A stretch of DNA of 64,000 nt from Macrostomum lignano (Eukaryota). This document shows, one piece after another, positions 1 to 13,800 of this stretch. Position 1 is the stretch's first letter, and each line of letters starts with the position of its first letter. The notes below the pieces were generated by a model. That model saw nothing but the letters and a program-made list of their open reading frames with translations, had not been told where the DNA came from and made no database searches. Made by a program: the position numbers and the translations under genes. The stretch lies in the NCBI GenBank assembly GCA_002269645.1, contig NIVC01002941.1:95929-159928 (forward strand), in the 5' to 3' direction.

Positions 1-1093
1 TGAGTTAGTGATTGAGTGATTTAAAGTGAGCATGAAAGCTGCTTTACAGGCCTCGTACAACTCAATCAAGGCCCAGCTCGTACAAATCACGGACTACTTT
101 AGTGTCGTTTTTATAAAAAGCCTGTACATGTACACATAATAAAAATGGTATGGCTGCACGACTCACGACTCACCAGTCTGCCTGCCTGCGATCAAATTGG
201 CAAATTTGCATTGGCAATCAGACATGCTCGAATCACACATGAAAACTCACATTATAACAAATTATAACAATGATAACTAACTCAAGGACCACATTCAAAA
301 CTGCGAATTAAGAATGCAGTTAAGTCAAGAGCCTTTTTTCACAGCTTTCTACTAATAGTAGCTGTTTATTTAGGATTGATAGTTCCTTTACAATTCAAAT
401 TGAATGAAAAAACGAGGAGGGCTCACTCACCCACCCGGCCCGCTCACCGGTTCCTCTCTTGCGGCCTTGTCGTCCCCATTTCACCCCTCCCCCAGCACCA
501 TCCAATAACATGGCGAGCCAAATTCCTCCCCCTAGCTCTCCCAAGTGTGGCAGTCTTGGTGTGTGGCAGTCTTGGTCCTACGCCTGATTGTGCGCCAAGT
601 GCGCCAAGGACCCCTTGTGTGCGCTGCGCTTGTATGCCAATGTGCGCCGAGACCTTTTGTGTGCACAGGAATTTCCCCCCTCAAAGGCCACCTTCCTGAC
701 TATGGGTTTTGTATAGGTTATAGAAAATAATGGCAATGCCCATGTTCCTTCTGAATTCAAAACAATTTATAAAAAAGGTACTAATATTTCTTTTTTCTTA
801 TAAAATCATACATTAAGTGAAAGAATAATAAAAATAATTATCTAGGTATAAGAAAAATGGAATTTTTTTATTTATTAAAAAAGCTTTATCAATAATAAAA
901 AAATATTTCAGATATTAGAGTAGATGATTAAAAAAGCTTTATTAGGGGGCCTTGAGGTGGGGATAGAGAAAGAAAATAGAAATTTGGATTTGGAAAAAAA
1001 GTTGGGGGTTTTCTTTGAAACCAGTAGCATTGCATTCGCGCAAATGAAGCTGGAAAATTGTGCAGACAAATCACAACAAAATTTCTTTCTCCT

Positions 1094-2649
1094 TGAAACG
1101 AAAAATTATATTGGTTTTTCCCATATTATAATCGTTTCCTTCTGCCAACAGTTCAGGAAGACAACGAACAATGGACTTGATGGTAACTTTCTCTGTGTGA
1201 TCTCTAGAGTCACATTCTCAAACTTCAGGCGAGGATCTTTCCTCTTCAATCAGTATATTTTATAAGCTAGCACACTGTACGCGAGCAACGAGGAATAGGA
1301 GCAGTAGGGAGAGAGAGTGGGATTTCGAGGCCCAATAGGCAGTGTCGGTCAGAGGTTGTGCATGCATCACGCGAGGGTCGCATGGCTGGGCTTCTTGCTC
1401 GCCGATCATCAGGACTATTTTTAGGCATGCAGATCTTGTGCATCTGGGGAGTTGCTGCCAAGGCTGGATGCTTGTTCACGCATCACGCGCGTGTCGGCTG
1501 ATTTCTCCCATCCTCTTGCTAACGGCGCCTTCGTTTCACTTCAGTCGCTCTTTTTTCAGGGAAGCGAGGCCCTCCGAGCTCTGTTGAAAATAAGCTTGGA
1601 GCAATGATGACATGGCGTACAGTTGTGCATTTGCTTGCGATTCGCAGTCCCACTTGGTAACTTGCAGTTGAGTTGATGTTGTTGAAACACGAAACTTGGT
1701 CAAGGGGCAAAGTGAACTTGTGACAACAGTGGATGAATTGTACCAGCATATCCTCTTGACTATTTAATCAGATCTGAGAGGGGGATTCACGTGAACTCGG
1801 AAACTCGACAAATTGAATGGGCTTTTCGATGCCCTAAACAGTGACGCAAATAGGACTGGACACGGAGACTCGACAAATTGAAACAGCGTCTGGTAGACAG
1901 TCAGATCGGGATGCTGGCTGAAGGTACATTGCAGTTAAATAGGACGTCGGAAAAATACCGTCTTGACCAAATTGATTGTGTAGATCTCTCAACGAAAGTT
2001 TCTTCTTGGAAGGGTAAACTGCGTCGCTTCTTGATCTTCGTCCATTGGTCTTGTCTAGTTCGAAGTTTTCCTTTACTGAAGGCAGGAAAGTCTCAGTTCT
2101 TGATTCATTCGGATGGCTGTTGAAGACATGCAGCAGAGCGGTAACTGCATGGTGCCTGAGACTTCTGTCTAGCGGCGACTCACGAGGTCAGTGGAACCAA
2201 TTGAAATGACAATTTATATGGGTTTTTCCCATATTATTCGTTTCCTTCTGCCAACAGTTCAGGAAGACAACGAACAATGGACCTGATGGTAACTTTCTCT
2301 GTGTGATCTCTAGAGTCACATTCTCAAACTTCAGGCGAGGATCTTTCCTCTTCAATCAGTATATTTTATAAGCTAGCACACTGTACGCGAGCAACGAGGA
2401 ATAGGAGCAGTAGGGAGAGAGAGTGGGATTTCGAGGCCCAATAGGCAGTGTCGGTCAGAGGTTGTGCATGCATCACGCGAGGGTCGCATGGCTGGGCTTC
2501 TTGCTCGCCGATCATCAGGACTATTTTTAGGCATGCAGATCTTGTGCATCTGGGGAGTTGCTGCCAAGGCTGGATGCTTGTTCACGCATCACGCGCGTGT
2601 CGGCTGATTTCTCCCATCCTCTTGCTAACGGCGCCTTCGTTTCACTTCA
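1094..2649 (-). mobile_element. Complete short non-autonomous LTR retroelement (TRIM-like), 1556 bp
   Basis: Two near-identical ~450-bp direct repeats (1094-1543, 2202-2649), each TG...CA. TCCT flanks both ends (1090-1093, 2650-2653), a 4-bp TSD. On the minus strand, PBS-like TGGTTCCACTGACC (2199-2186) follows the 5' LTR and purine-rich GAAAAAAGAGCGAC (1557-1544) precedes the 3' LTR. The ~660-bp interior has no intact ORF. Confidence 0.8.
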
Positions 2650-2672
2650 TCCTGTTTTACTCTGACTACCAG

Positions 2673-2755
2673 GTTCTCAAGTCCGGGGGAAGGGTAGTCG
2701 CAATCGTAGCGGAGCGGTCGTGTAGTGGCATGGTCGTTCAAAACAATGAAACACT
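2673..2755 (+). CDS. Possible upstream exon of the RASA1-like gene (..MVVQNNET-L)
   Basis: Pyrimidine tract plus CAG acceptor at 2670-2672, open frame with ATG at 2730, and a weak phase-2 donor (ct|gtaaat, 2756) that fits the 1-nt overhang of the 7336 exon, giving NETL-FFHGQ. Confidence 0.3.
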
Positions 2756-3699
2756 GTAAATTCTAACACCATAGATAATTGCTTCAAGTGCTAAGCTTAT
2801 TACTCTCAGTAGGGTAGTTGCTGCCACCACCGTAATTTATGTATTACGGAATGGATGAAGTCTCAGAGCTTTCATGAGATGAGAACTTTGGTTGTTTTAT
2901 GCCCCACAGGCAAATTACTTAAGATAAGCTATGGCTTAGACAATGCAATTAGACCGAACAAATTAGCTGCTGTCGCTATTATTTATTATTACTATTTAAC
3001 AAAATATTAGGCGCTAGCAGGCGTATTAATTATTAAGTTGTTATCAAGCAAATGAGAATTATCAACGATGGTGGATGTCGAAGTAGCAGAAAAGTTAGTT
3101 AGTGACCAATATAACATACGCAGGGGAGAGTTTCATAAGGAGTTACAATGCACAGGGCAGACAAATGGCACTGGAAAGGGGAGCCAAACTGGTGGCCCTC
3201 ACAAAGTCCAGGCTCGAGCAAAAATTTGAACAAAGAACAGGGATTGCATCCTCAAATGCCCTCTGCTAAGGACAGGCCTAGATCCAGGGCTTGACCTGAG
3301 TGGGGCACAGACTGCTTGGCCTTAGACAGCAGGCTCAAGGAAAATTGAGAGACAGATACCTTTCAGTTATATCAAAACTGAGAAGGTTTACAATTAGCTA
3401 GCTGCTTTTCTACTGAAAGCATAAGGTGAAAGGGGGGACACTTCCGCACTTTGAGCGCGTGCAGGGAAGCTCACATTAAATGGGGATATGCAATGAAGCA
3501 ATAGATTTACTGTATTGCATTTTTTTAATATTTCGCATAGGATAAATATTGCCGCATGGTTGCGGGCTTTTGCCAGAAAGTGTAAGGATAAATAAAGAGA
3601 GCAAAAGTGCTGAACTAATGAAACACATTGGATAAATACAAATCGTGCACTATACATGAGCACTGAGACTATTCAAAATGTACATTGCTTTTACCCTGA

Positions 3700-3965
3700 A
3701 GCATAAGGAAAAGTACAAAACTGACTGCTTTTGAACCCCAAGCCTAAGGAAAGTACAAAATTGATTGCTTTTGACCCTCAAGCATAAGGAAAAGTACAAA
3801 ATTGATTGCTTTTGACCCTCAAGCATAAGGAAAAGTACAAAACTGATTGCTTTTGACCCTCAAGCATAAGGAAAAGTACAAAACTGATTGCTTTTGACCC
3901 TCAAGCATAAGGAAAAATACAAAATTGATTGCTTTTGACCCTCAAGCATAAGGAAAGTACAAAAT
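3700..3965. repeat. 41-bp minisatellite (AAGCATAAGGAAAAGTACAAAATTGATTGCTTTTGACCCTC), about 6 copies
   Basis: Unit recurs at 3780 and 3821 (period 41). Confidence 0.9.
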
Positions 3966-4044
3966 TGAATGGAAAATTACAATTGACACCTGCTTTTATC
4001 CTGAAAGCATAAGGAGAAATTCAATTTCTTTTCACAAGAATTTT

Positions 4045-4428
4045 GCATTTCACAAAATTGACTACTACTAGTAATGCGCATCGAAAGTTAGCAACTTGGC
4101 GCAACATATCCTGAAAGCATAAGGAGAAATTGAATGGGAAATTATAGCAAATTGAACCGCAAAATTAAAAAATTCTGCTTTCAGCACAGAAAAGGTACAG
4201 AGAAGGCTTACATCAATTTAAAACCTCAGAAATGCATTTCACAAAATTGACTACTACTAGTAATGCGCATCAAAAGTTAGCAACTTGGCGCAACATATCC
4301 TGAAAGCATAAGGAGAAATTGAATGGGAAATTATAGCAAATTGAACCGCAAAATTAAAAAATTCTGCTTTCAGCACAGAAAAGGTACAGAGAAGGCTTAC
4401 ATCAATTTAAAACCTCAGAAATGCATTT
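4045..4428. repeat. Tandem duplication of a ~189-bp unit
   Basis: GCATTTCACAAAATTGACTAC starts at 4045 and 4234, with near-identical continuation. Confidence 0.9.
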
Positions 4429-4439
4429 CGCATTTCTGA

Positions 4440-5215
4440 GGTTAAATTACAGCGCCGATGTCAGGCAGATCTAGGTCGCCTTCAAGCAGCACTTCCGGAT
4501 AGTGCAGGCTTGGCTCAAACAATTGGCTGCCATGCTGGTCAGGCTGAGCTGCGACTGGCTGTTCTAGAGCAGGCTGTTCGGCTGAATCATCTTTGCTTTT
4601 GTCACTCAACTCGTAGGGCAGCATTGGCCGCTCTGTTTGGTGCGGCGGCTCCTGCAGTCGGTCTGCCATCATCTGTGGCACCTTTGATTATGTTGTTGCA
4701 ATGTACTAACATTTTGGCTAGACATCCATGTTGGGCTGTTGCAGGCTAGATCCAGTAGGCTACCTTGCCGACCTTTCTGTTGACCTTGTACATGCTCTTG
4801 TATGGCCAATGAAACTTTGGTAGCTTGCCCAACTCGAGCTTCGGGTTGGCCAGGCAGACCAGATCTCCGGGCTGCAATTCCACGGGCTTAGGTCAGTTCT
4901 CGTAATTGGCCCAGGGCAAGTATGGCAGCTTTGTTGTTTGTTGAATGCCATAGACTTCGCAGAAATGTCGAAACTCATGCCCCATAAACTGCTTGCCTTG
5001 GTCTAAATGGATCCACATGGGGATTCCGGTGATTGGGAAGACTTGCTCTTGCAGGAGAGTTATTATCATCTTGGCACTCTGATTTTTCATGGCAAAGGCA
5101 AAGGGGTACTTCGATGTAGTATTGACATAGGTGAGAATGTATTTGTTACCTTGGTTTATCAATAATAATAATAATATTTTGGATATTAGAGTAGATGAGT
5201 TGTCAAACACCTTTT
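4440..5215 (-). pseudogene. Degenerate Ty3/Gypsy integrase (rve core plus C-terminal region)
   Basis: GNKYILTYVNTTSKYPFAFAMKNQSA...GIPMWIHLDQGKQF...FCEVYGI follows the Gypsy integrase pattern, with the first catalytic D apparently changed to N. Another frame downstream reads LQPGDLV...PKFHWPYKSMYKVNRKVGKVAY. Contains stops and frameshifts. Confidence 0.8.
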
Positions 5216-6961
5216 GCAGTCTTTTCTAGCATCATAGTATGATACTTAGGTCATGTACATAAGCAGTGATGGGCACCACTAAATTTATTTTTAGTGCCGC
5301 TAATTAGTGCTATTGCTAACTGATAAAAGAAAAAAAAATTGCAATTGCTAATAGTGGTAGCCATTTCTACTTTGAATTTAGTGCAATTAGTGCCACTAAT
5401 TTTGAAATACACTAATTAATAAGTACATTTAATATAAACTGCCATTTCATATATATTTAGGCATTTTTGCATATTTTTAACTCACGTTTTAAATGAATAT
5501 GTTAATAATGCTATTGCTAATAATTTGTTTTTATTATCAATCCTAATAAAAAATTCTCAAGCTGCTGAACTGTCAGAGCAACAGTTGGTAGAAAGAGTTC
5601 CTAAATTACAATGCTGTTTGCCTTAAAAATGTCAAGGGCCCTTGCTACCATGGCCATGACCTTTTTATACACAAGAAGAAAAGCATGATCATCAGCTTCA
5701 AATGGTGGTATGGGATTTATTAACCCCACCATCACCCTGTTGATATAGCATGTTGCTTCACATCATTGTTTAGAATATCAACTGAGTTGAACGTTGAAGT
5801 CTGATTAAATTATTAAATCTAGTATTCTAGTATGCATTTTATCTTCAAGACTATAGGCTACATATTATCTATCAAACCTAACTAGGGCATTTTTGTCAAT
5901 TTTGCTAGGCTATTTTGCTATATATGTCAATGTTGGACCTAAAAATTATATAAACTAAATATTAGCCAAGGTTCTTTCAAAAAGGCATAAATATGCTAGA
6001 ATTTTTCAGCATAAAGGCTATCTTCTGGATTATATATTTAATCAAGGTTTATTGACTATTTCAAGCAAGCAAAAAGCATTTCAACTATATAAAATGTATT
6101 TAATCCTTTTTGAAATATTAATGATATAGCTCTTTACTATAAAATAATGATTCTATATTTATTATATTGTCTACAGAACTGTTATTATAACATGGCTATA
6201 ATTATTCTCAGATAGCAAATATCTTAAGCCTTTATTATAGACATTATACCCAAGCTAAAGATATAAAAATAATTCTAAACTAAATAAGTCAGTTTGGCAT
6301 GAATCTAATCATGTACCATAGCACTTGGGCAAACTATATAGCCAACTATGTAAGTTAATAACATATTTATAAATAAAAATCTTTATATATCTGATCTAAT
6401 TTTTTTAAAGTTGAAAGACTTTTAAATTAAATTAAAGCAATTGACAATGAACAAATAGAACAGGAAAGAAATTATGGAAAATATATAAGCTAAATGTATA
6501 TATTTGTACAATGAAAAAATAAGGTATATATAGTACAAAATATTAATTATTATAAAGTATTTATGTCTAAAATAACTTAGTCTTTATCATTTGTTCTATA
6601 TATAAAAAATTGCTAGAGGGTTATAAGCACATTTTGAACTGTCTTTGGTGACATTGTCATATAAATAATAATGAGACAATCCTGTCTATTTTGCTAATAT
6701 AGGCATTTATTAATGTGCCAATACTGTATATAGGTACTCCCTTATACGGACATAGTATACAATGGCCTTGATTTTTTAATTATCAGGCATGTACACTCTC
6801 TACTTTGAAAGTTGGCCTTGCCCTCCTAATAGGGTACAAATTACCCCTGGCCAATTTTTGTTTACAAGCCCCAAATTAATGTGCAATACAGAATTGACCT
6901 AAGCATTATCACAAGATACAGCTGCATTTATATTAATTTATGCTAAACTTAGTTTAGGCAT

Positions 6962-7205
6962 AGGGGCTGTAGCCCAGTGTTCTAGCTTGGCACTCTGATG
7001 ACCCACCCAGACTCACATTAATTTGGGGCTAAATTCGAATCTTGGCTTAGCTCTGCTTGTATAATCAACACTTTTGAGGCCCAACTCCCAAGGCACAGTG
7101 AAGTGTACATGCCTAACGATAATTAGAATCAGGGCCGCTGTACACTCCTGTGTGAGTGTGTGCCTGCGTACGTATCCGCGCGCTTGTGTGCCTGCTCAGG
7201 GGAGT
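6962..7205 (+). mobile_element. tRNA-derived SINE-like repeat, copy A (more decayed)
   Basis: Begins GGGGCTGTAGCCCAGTG (tRNA-like 5' end). Body is similar to the reverse complement of 54257-54536 (shared CACAGTGAAGTGTACATG and GGGCCGCTGTACACTCCTGTGTGAGTGTGTGCCTG). Confidence 0.6.
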
Positions 7206-7335
7206 CGGCGGAATGGGCAGCAATGCCTCTTGCCAGTTGTGACAATATTGCTTCAAGTGCACCAGGGTGCCCACAGCTTAAATGCCATTTGAAATCTTTA
7301 CAAAAACTCAAATTAACAATTTATCCATACTTTAG

Positions 7336-7515
7336 TTTCTTCCATGGCCAAATGGACCAGCTGACGGCTGACGAGTTGCTAAATCAGTATGAGCCCGACA
7401 ACTATTACCTAGTTCGAGAGAGGGTCATTACTGAGTCATCTGAGAAACCTGATGAGCAGTTCTGTATATCTTTGCATACCAGAGTGAATGGGCAGCCAAA
7501 GAAAGTTCATTTTAG
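7336..7515 (+). CDS. RASA1: RASA1-like exon: N-terminal SH2, first part
   Basis: [15 protein letters not shown]...YLVRER...KVHFR; tttag acceptor, ag|gtaag donor. Confidence 0.8.
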
Positions 7516-10500
7516 GTAAGTTAATTAAATATTAATTTTGAAATCACCTGAAAATTCTTTTAGTCTATCTTGTTGTTGTCATTTTGCAATGCCATTGGAT
7601 TTATCTTGCTGTCATTTTGCAATGCCATTGGATTTATCTTGCTGTCATTTTGCAATGCCATTGGATCTATCTTGCTGTCATTTTGCAATGCCATTGGATC
7701 TATCTTGCTGTCATTTTGCAATGCCATTGGATCTATCTTGCTGTCATTTTGCAATGCCATTGGATCTATCTTGCTGTCATTTTGCAATGCCATTGGATCT
7801 ATCTTGCTGTCATTTTGCAATGCCATTAGATCTATCTTGCTGTCATTTTGCAATGCTATTAGATCTATCTTGCTGTCATTTTGCAATGCTATTAGATCTA
7901 TCTTGCTGTCATTTTGCAATGCCATTGGATCTATCTTGCTGTCATTTTGCAATGCCATTAGATCTATCTTGCTGTCATTTTGCAATGCCATTAGATCTAT
8001 CTTGCTGTCATTTTGCAATGCTATTAGATCTATCTTGCTGTCATTTTGCAATGCCTGAGAGTGCAGAATGAGCATGAATGCTAGCTAGGAGGAGACTGCA
8101 TTTGAGCATTGCGAGCAACAGGCAAATATAGCACTGATGATGCGGTAGCCTATTTTTAGCATAATTTATTACTCTGCGCAGTTTAGAAAAATATAAATAA
8201 GTGTTAATTCTGGAGTCCCCGCTCTCCTCGCTGTACATTTACCGTTTCGTCACTTTCTAATCCTGGGCTTTTTTGTTCCTTGTTATTGTAAAAGGCATCA
8301 AATATCCAGATATTATCGAGTAAAGCTAGGCTAATTCCTTATCAAATTTGCCTTGCCAGAATACGACAGTCCTACGACCTGTGTGTTATTGGCGGTCTGG
8401 TGTTTCACTCGCTGTCTGAGCTGGTCACCTACTATACTCAGGTAATGATTTGATACTTTTGTGCTTGGTCTATTCATCAGTATTCTGTGTTCTTGAATTC
8501 TAACTACCTTCATTGCTTACTGAGTCCTCTGTCTGTCTACCTCCCAGCTCTCGCCTCTCTCCCTCTAGCGCCCTGTTGGCCTCCTAGCACCATGTCTGCA
8601 TTTCACTTCTCAGCTCTCTACCTCCCAGCTGTCACTTCTACCTCCCAGCTCTCCTCTGCCTCTCAGCTCTCCCCTACCTCTCAGCTCTCCCCTACCTCTC
8701 AGCTCTCCCCTACCTCTCAGCTCTCCGCTACCTCTCAGCTCTCCCCTACCTCTCAGCTCTCCCCTACCTCTCAGCTTTCCCCTACCTCCCAGCTCTCCCC
8801 TACCTCTCAGCTCTCCTCTGCCTCTCAGCTCTCCCCTACCTCTCAGCTCTCCCCTACCTCTCAGCTCTCCCCTACCTCTCAGCTTTCCCCTACCTCCCTG
8901 CTCTCCCCTACCTCTCAGCTTTCCCCTACCTCCCAGCTCTCCCCTACCTCTCAGCTTTCCCCTACCTCCCAGCTCTCCCCTACCTCTCAGCTCTCCCCTA
9001 CCTCCCAGCTCTCCCCTACCTCTCAGCTCTCCCCTACCTCTCAGCTTTCCCCTACCTCCCAGCTCAACCTCAACCTCTACCTCATAGCTCTCCTTATCTT
9101 CATCTCACCCTCTACATCCCATCTCACCCTCTACATCCCATCTCACCCTCTACATCCCGTCTCACCCTCTACCTCCTAGCTCTCTCTACCTCCCATCTCA
9201 CACTGCCCCCCCCCATCTCACACTACCTCCCATCTCACCCTCTACCTCCCAGTTCTTCATGTCTACATTTCACATCTCACTCTCTACCTCTCAGCTCAGT
9301 TATACCTGTAACTCGCTCACGCCACAAAACTTTGCCAGGTGGAAATCTACCCAGGCGGCCGGCTGGAGCACCCGATCCGGCCGAAGCACAGCTGTCCAAG
9401 CAATCGCTGCGTGATGGCCATCATGAACTATACGAAATCGGCTGGCACTGACGAGCTGTCGCTGACTGCTGGTGACGTGTGCCAGGTGCAGCACAAGAAC
9501 CAAGACGGCTGGATGTGGGTGGCGCATGTCAAATCTGCTCAGAGCGGTTGGGTCTACGATGGAATGGTTGAGGACCTGGTGAGTGTTGCTATGGTCATAG
9601 GGAGCTATGCTTTCATCCCGGATCCCCTGAGGCCGAGGCTCTAGCGGTGGTCCCTGAATCCCTGAGGCTGAGGGGCTAGCGGTGGTCCCTGAATCCCTGA
9701 GGCTGAGGGGATAGCGGTGGTCCCTGAATCCCTGAGGCTGAGGGGCTAGCGGTGGTCCCTGAATCCCTGAGGCTGAGGGGATAGCGGTGGTCCCTGAATC
9801 CCTGAGGCTGAGGGGCTAGCGGTGGTCCCTGAATCCCTGAGGCTGAGGGGATAGCGGTGGTCCCTGAATCCCTGAGGCTGAGGGGCTAGCGGTGGTCCCT
9901 GAATCCCTGAGGCTGAGGGGATAGCGGTGGTCCCTGAATCCCTGAGGCTGAGGGGCTAGCGGTGGTCCCTGAATCCCTGAGGCTGAGGGGCTAGCGGTGG
10001 TCCCTGAATCCCTGAGGCTGAGGGGATAGCGGTGGTCCCTGAATCCCTGAGGCTGAGGGGATAGCGGTGGTCCCTGAATCCCTGAGGCTGAGGGCTAGCG
10101 GTGGTCCCTGAATCCCTGAGGCTGAGGGGATAGCGGTGGTCCCTGAATCCCTGAGGCTGAGGGGCTAGCGGTGGTCCCTGAATCCCTGAGGCTGAGGGGC
10201 TAGCGGTGGTCCCTGAATCCCTGAGGCTGAGGGGATAGCGGTGGGTCCCAGAATACCTCAGGAAACTGTTACACTAAATGGGGGGAGTAGCGGTTGCCCC
10301 TTCATTTCTAATGTTAAGTCTATCGTTAAGGCGACAATTGAACTTCAGGTAGCAGTTATGAATGATTGTTGCACCATCATCTGCTAAACATACTGAGGTG
10401 TAAATGTTGTGTTCCATTTTTGTGTTGACGAGTCTTCATGCCAGTCAAAAGTTAGCAGTCTGGAGACAATTTAAAGAGTGCGTACGACTATGCAGTGCTT

Positions 10501-10748
10501 TGTTTCGGTGCGCGTGCACCAGTTCTCTGTTTGACTCCGAGTCTCCGGTTTAATAGCTTCTTAGCCTGTACGCTCGCTCGTAGGCTGGGGCTGGGGTGCA
10601 AGGCAGTGGCGCTGGGGCCGCTGCGAAGCATGAAAATTTCTCAGTGCCTCCCGTGATTCTTTTATTTATCAGATTTTCTCCAATGGTGTCGCTTTGTTTA
10701 CTCACCGCTTCGGTGACCAAATTAATCAGATAGATAGGTAGATAGATT

Positions 10749-10781
<33 letters not shown>

Positions 10782-10782
10782 G

Positions 10783-10869
<87 letters not shown>

Positions 10870-13800
10870 GTAGATAGATAGATAGATAGATAGATAGGTG
10901 GGTAGAAGGTCACCCTGTACTTAGCCGGTAGAGACCGCCTGTCCGCTGCCTCCCTCACTATTTTACAGCTAACTCGTACTCAGCCTCTGATTGGTTGTCA
11001 AAACAGCGGGCCTGGAGGTTTCCCAGTTCTCCCCTCATCCCACAATGATAATTTCATTCAGGCGCATCCAGGACCCTGGGAATGACAACAGTGTCGCATC
11101 TTTTATATAACAGAAAAAAACTGACTCTGTTTACTTATTAAACGCTTCTGGCAACATTGAATGCCGGTAACATTAAGATTTTTTCTTTAAGTGTGAACCT
11201 TATCACATGACTGGCACACATCATGCTTCATCTGTGTGTAAGTTTCTTAAATATTTAATTATAAACATTTCCCAACAGCTGTGACTCACTGAATGATCAT
11301 CAAGGAATATCAGCTCAGTGACAATGACTCACTGAATGATCATCGATGAATATCAGCTCAGTGACAATGACTCACTGAATGATCATCAAGGAATATCAGC
11401 TCAGTGACAATGACTCACTGAATGATCATCAAGGAATATCAGCTCAGTGACAATGACTCACTGAATGATCATCAAGGAATCATTAAGTGCAATTGAACGC
11501 CCTCATGTTTATCAGTGGATAATCTTCCCATACGACAATTATACAGTTTCAATCTTTGTCTTCGTGTATTTGGCTAGTAGTAGGGTAAAATATATAAATG
11601 CAAGCAAATTAGTCATATACATTGGTATTTCCCATCTGCCTCCGCAGCCCCCGTGACCCTCCTGTAACCCGCCACCGAATCAATGTTGTTTAGTTGCATT
11701 AGTGGAATAGTGGAACGTGCTGCTTCGATCAAAAAATGTGTCCTAAGGTCAGAATATAAAAAATAAATAACTTAATATACCTTGCAAGATAAGGGAACTG
11801 GTGTTTGTGCGTGTGTTATTTTCAAACCAGATTCCTATATTCCAGCATCTTGATATTGTAGCTTCATCATTCTCTTTGTGCGCCGAAATTTTCTGCTCTG
11901 TCCCTCCCTCACCTCTCACTTCAGTGAACTTGTGTGGTTGACCTTTGTTTGTGTGAACTTTGATTGCTATAAATGAAAGAGCCAGGTCTTTATAGACTTA
12001 GTGGAGCCCAGTAAATCTTGAATTCCTTTCATCCCCATCGTATCCCATGAAGTTCCATCTTCAAAAGCAGTTTATTTGGAATTTTAGTTAATTTTAAGTT
12101 TTAGAAGGCGAAACATTTATATACCTGACTTGTATTATGAATTCTATTTCTCTTGACATGTGCAGTCCCGCCTCAAATGGTCTTGAGGTTTACCTAAGAA
12201 TATTTAGACTCAAATCATTGAGAATGGGTATTCAGTCTCATTGTTAATCGGTGTTCAGTCTCATTGAGAATGGGCCTTCAATCTCATTGAGAATCGTCTT
12301 CAATATCATTGAGAATCGTCCTTAAATCGCATTGAGAATCGGTATGCAGTATCATCGAGAATGGGTATGCAATTTCATTGAGAATCGGTATGCAGTCTCA
12401 TTGATAATCGGTATGCAGTCTCATTGAGAATCGGTATGCAGTCTCATTGAGAATCGGTATGCAGTCTCATTGAGAATCGGTATGCAGGCTCATTGAGAAT
12501 CGGTATGCAGTCTCATTGAGAATCGGTATGCAGTCTCATTGAGAATCGGTATGCAGTCTCATTGAGAATCGGTATGCAGTCTCATTGAGAATCGGTATGC
12601 AGTCTCATTGAGAATCGGTATGCAGTCTCATTGAGAATCGGTATGCAGTCTCATTGAGAATCGGTATGCAGTCTCATTGAGAATCGGTATGCAGTCTCAT
12701 TGAGAATCGGTATGCAGTCTCATTGAGAGTCGTCCTTTAATCTCATTGAGAGTAGTCCTTCAATCTCATTGAGAGTCGTCCTTCAATCTCATTGAGAGTC
12801 GTCCTTCAATCTCATTGAGAGTAGTCCTTCAATCTCATTGAGAGTCGTCCTTTAATCTCATTGAGAGTCGTCCTTTAATCTCATTGAGAGTCGTCCTTTA
12901 ATCTCATTGAGAGTCGTCCTTCAATCTCATTGAGAGTAGTCCTTCAATCTCATTGAGAGTCGTCCTTTAATCTCATTGAGAGTCGTCCTTTAATCTCATT
13001 GAGAGTCGTCCTTCAATCTCATTGAGAGTAGTCCTTCAATCTCATTGAGAGTCGTCCTTTAATCTCATTGAGAGTCGTCCTTTAATCTCATTGAGAGTAG
13101 TCCTTCAATCTCATTGAGAGTCGTCCTTTAATCTCATTGAGAGTCGTCCTTTAATCTCATTGAGAGTCGTCCTTCAATCTCATTGAGAGTAGTCCTTCAA
13201 TCTCATTGAGAGTCGTCCTTTAATCTCATTGAGAGTCGTCCTTTAATCTCATTGAGAGTCGTCCTTCAATCTCATTGAGAGTCGTCCTTCAATCTCATTG
13301 AGAGTAGTCCTTCAATCTCATTGAGAGTCGTCCTTCAATCTCATTGAGAGTCGTCCTTCAATCTCATTGAGAGTAGTCCTTTAATCTCATTGAGAGTCGT
13401 CCTTCAATCTCATTGAGAGTAGTCCTTTAATCTCATTGAGAGTCGTCCTTTAATCTCATTGAGAGTCGTCCTTTAATCTCATTGAGAGTCGTCCTTCAAT
13501 CTCATTGAGAGTAGTCCTTTAATCTCATTGAGAGTAGTCCTTTAATCTCATTGAGAGTCGTCCTTCAATCTCATTGAGAGTAGTCCTTTAATCTCATTGA
13601 GAGTCGTCCTTTAATCTCATTGAGAGTCGTCCTTTAATCTCATTGAGAGTCGTCCTTCAATCTCATTGAGAGTAGTCCTTTAATCTCATTGAGAGTAGTC
13701 CTTTAATCTCATTGAGAGTCGTCCTTTAATCTCATTGAGTGTCGTCCTTTAATCTCATTGAGAGTCGTCCTTCAATCTCATTGAGAGTAGTCCTTTAATC

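Noticed and set aside
501-620. AATAACA|TGGCGAGCC (LTR end plus PBS-like) and a decayed zinc-knuckle-like CGSLG motif
   Set aside because: No partner LTR or recognisable gag/pol follows on this strand; too weak to call.
7538-9179. Repeat ORFs [11 protein letters not shown] and SQLSPT
   Set aside because: 33-bp and 18-bp intronic repeats between identified exons.
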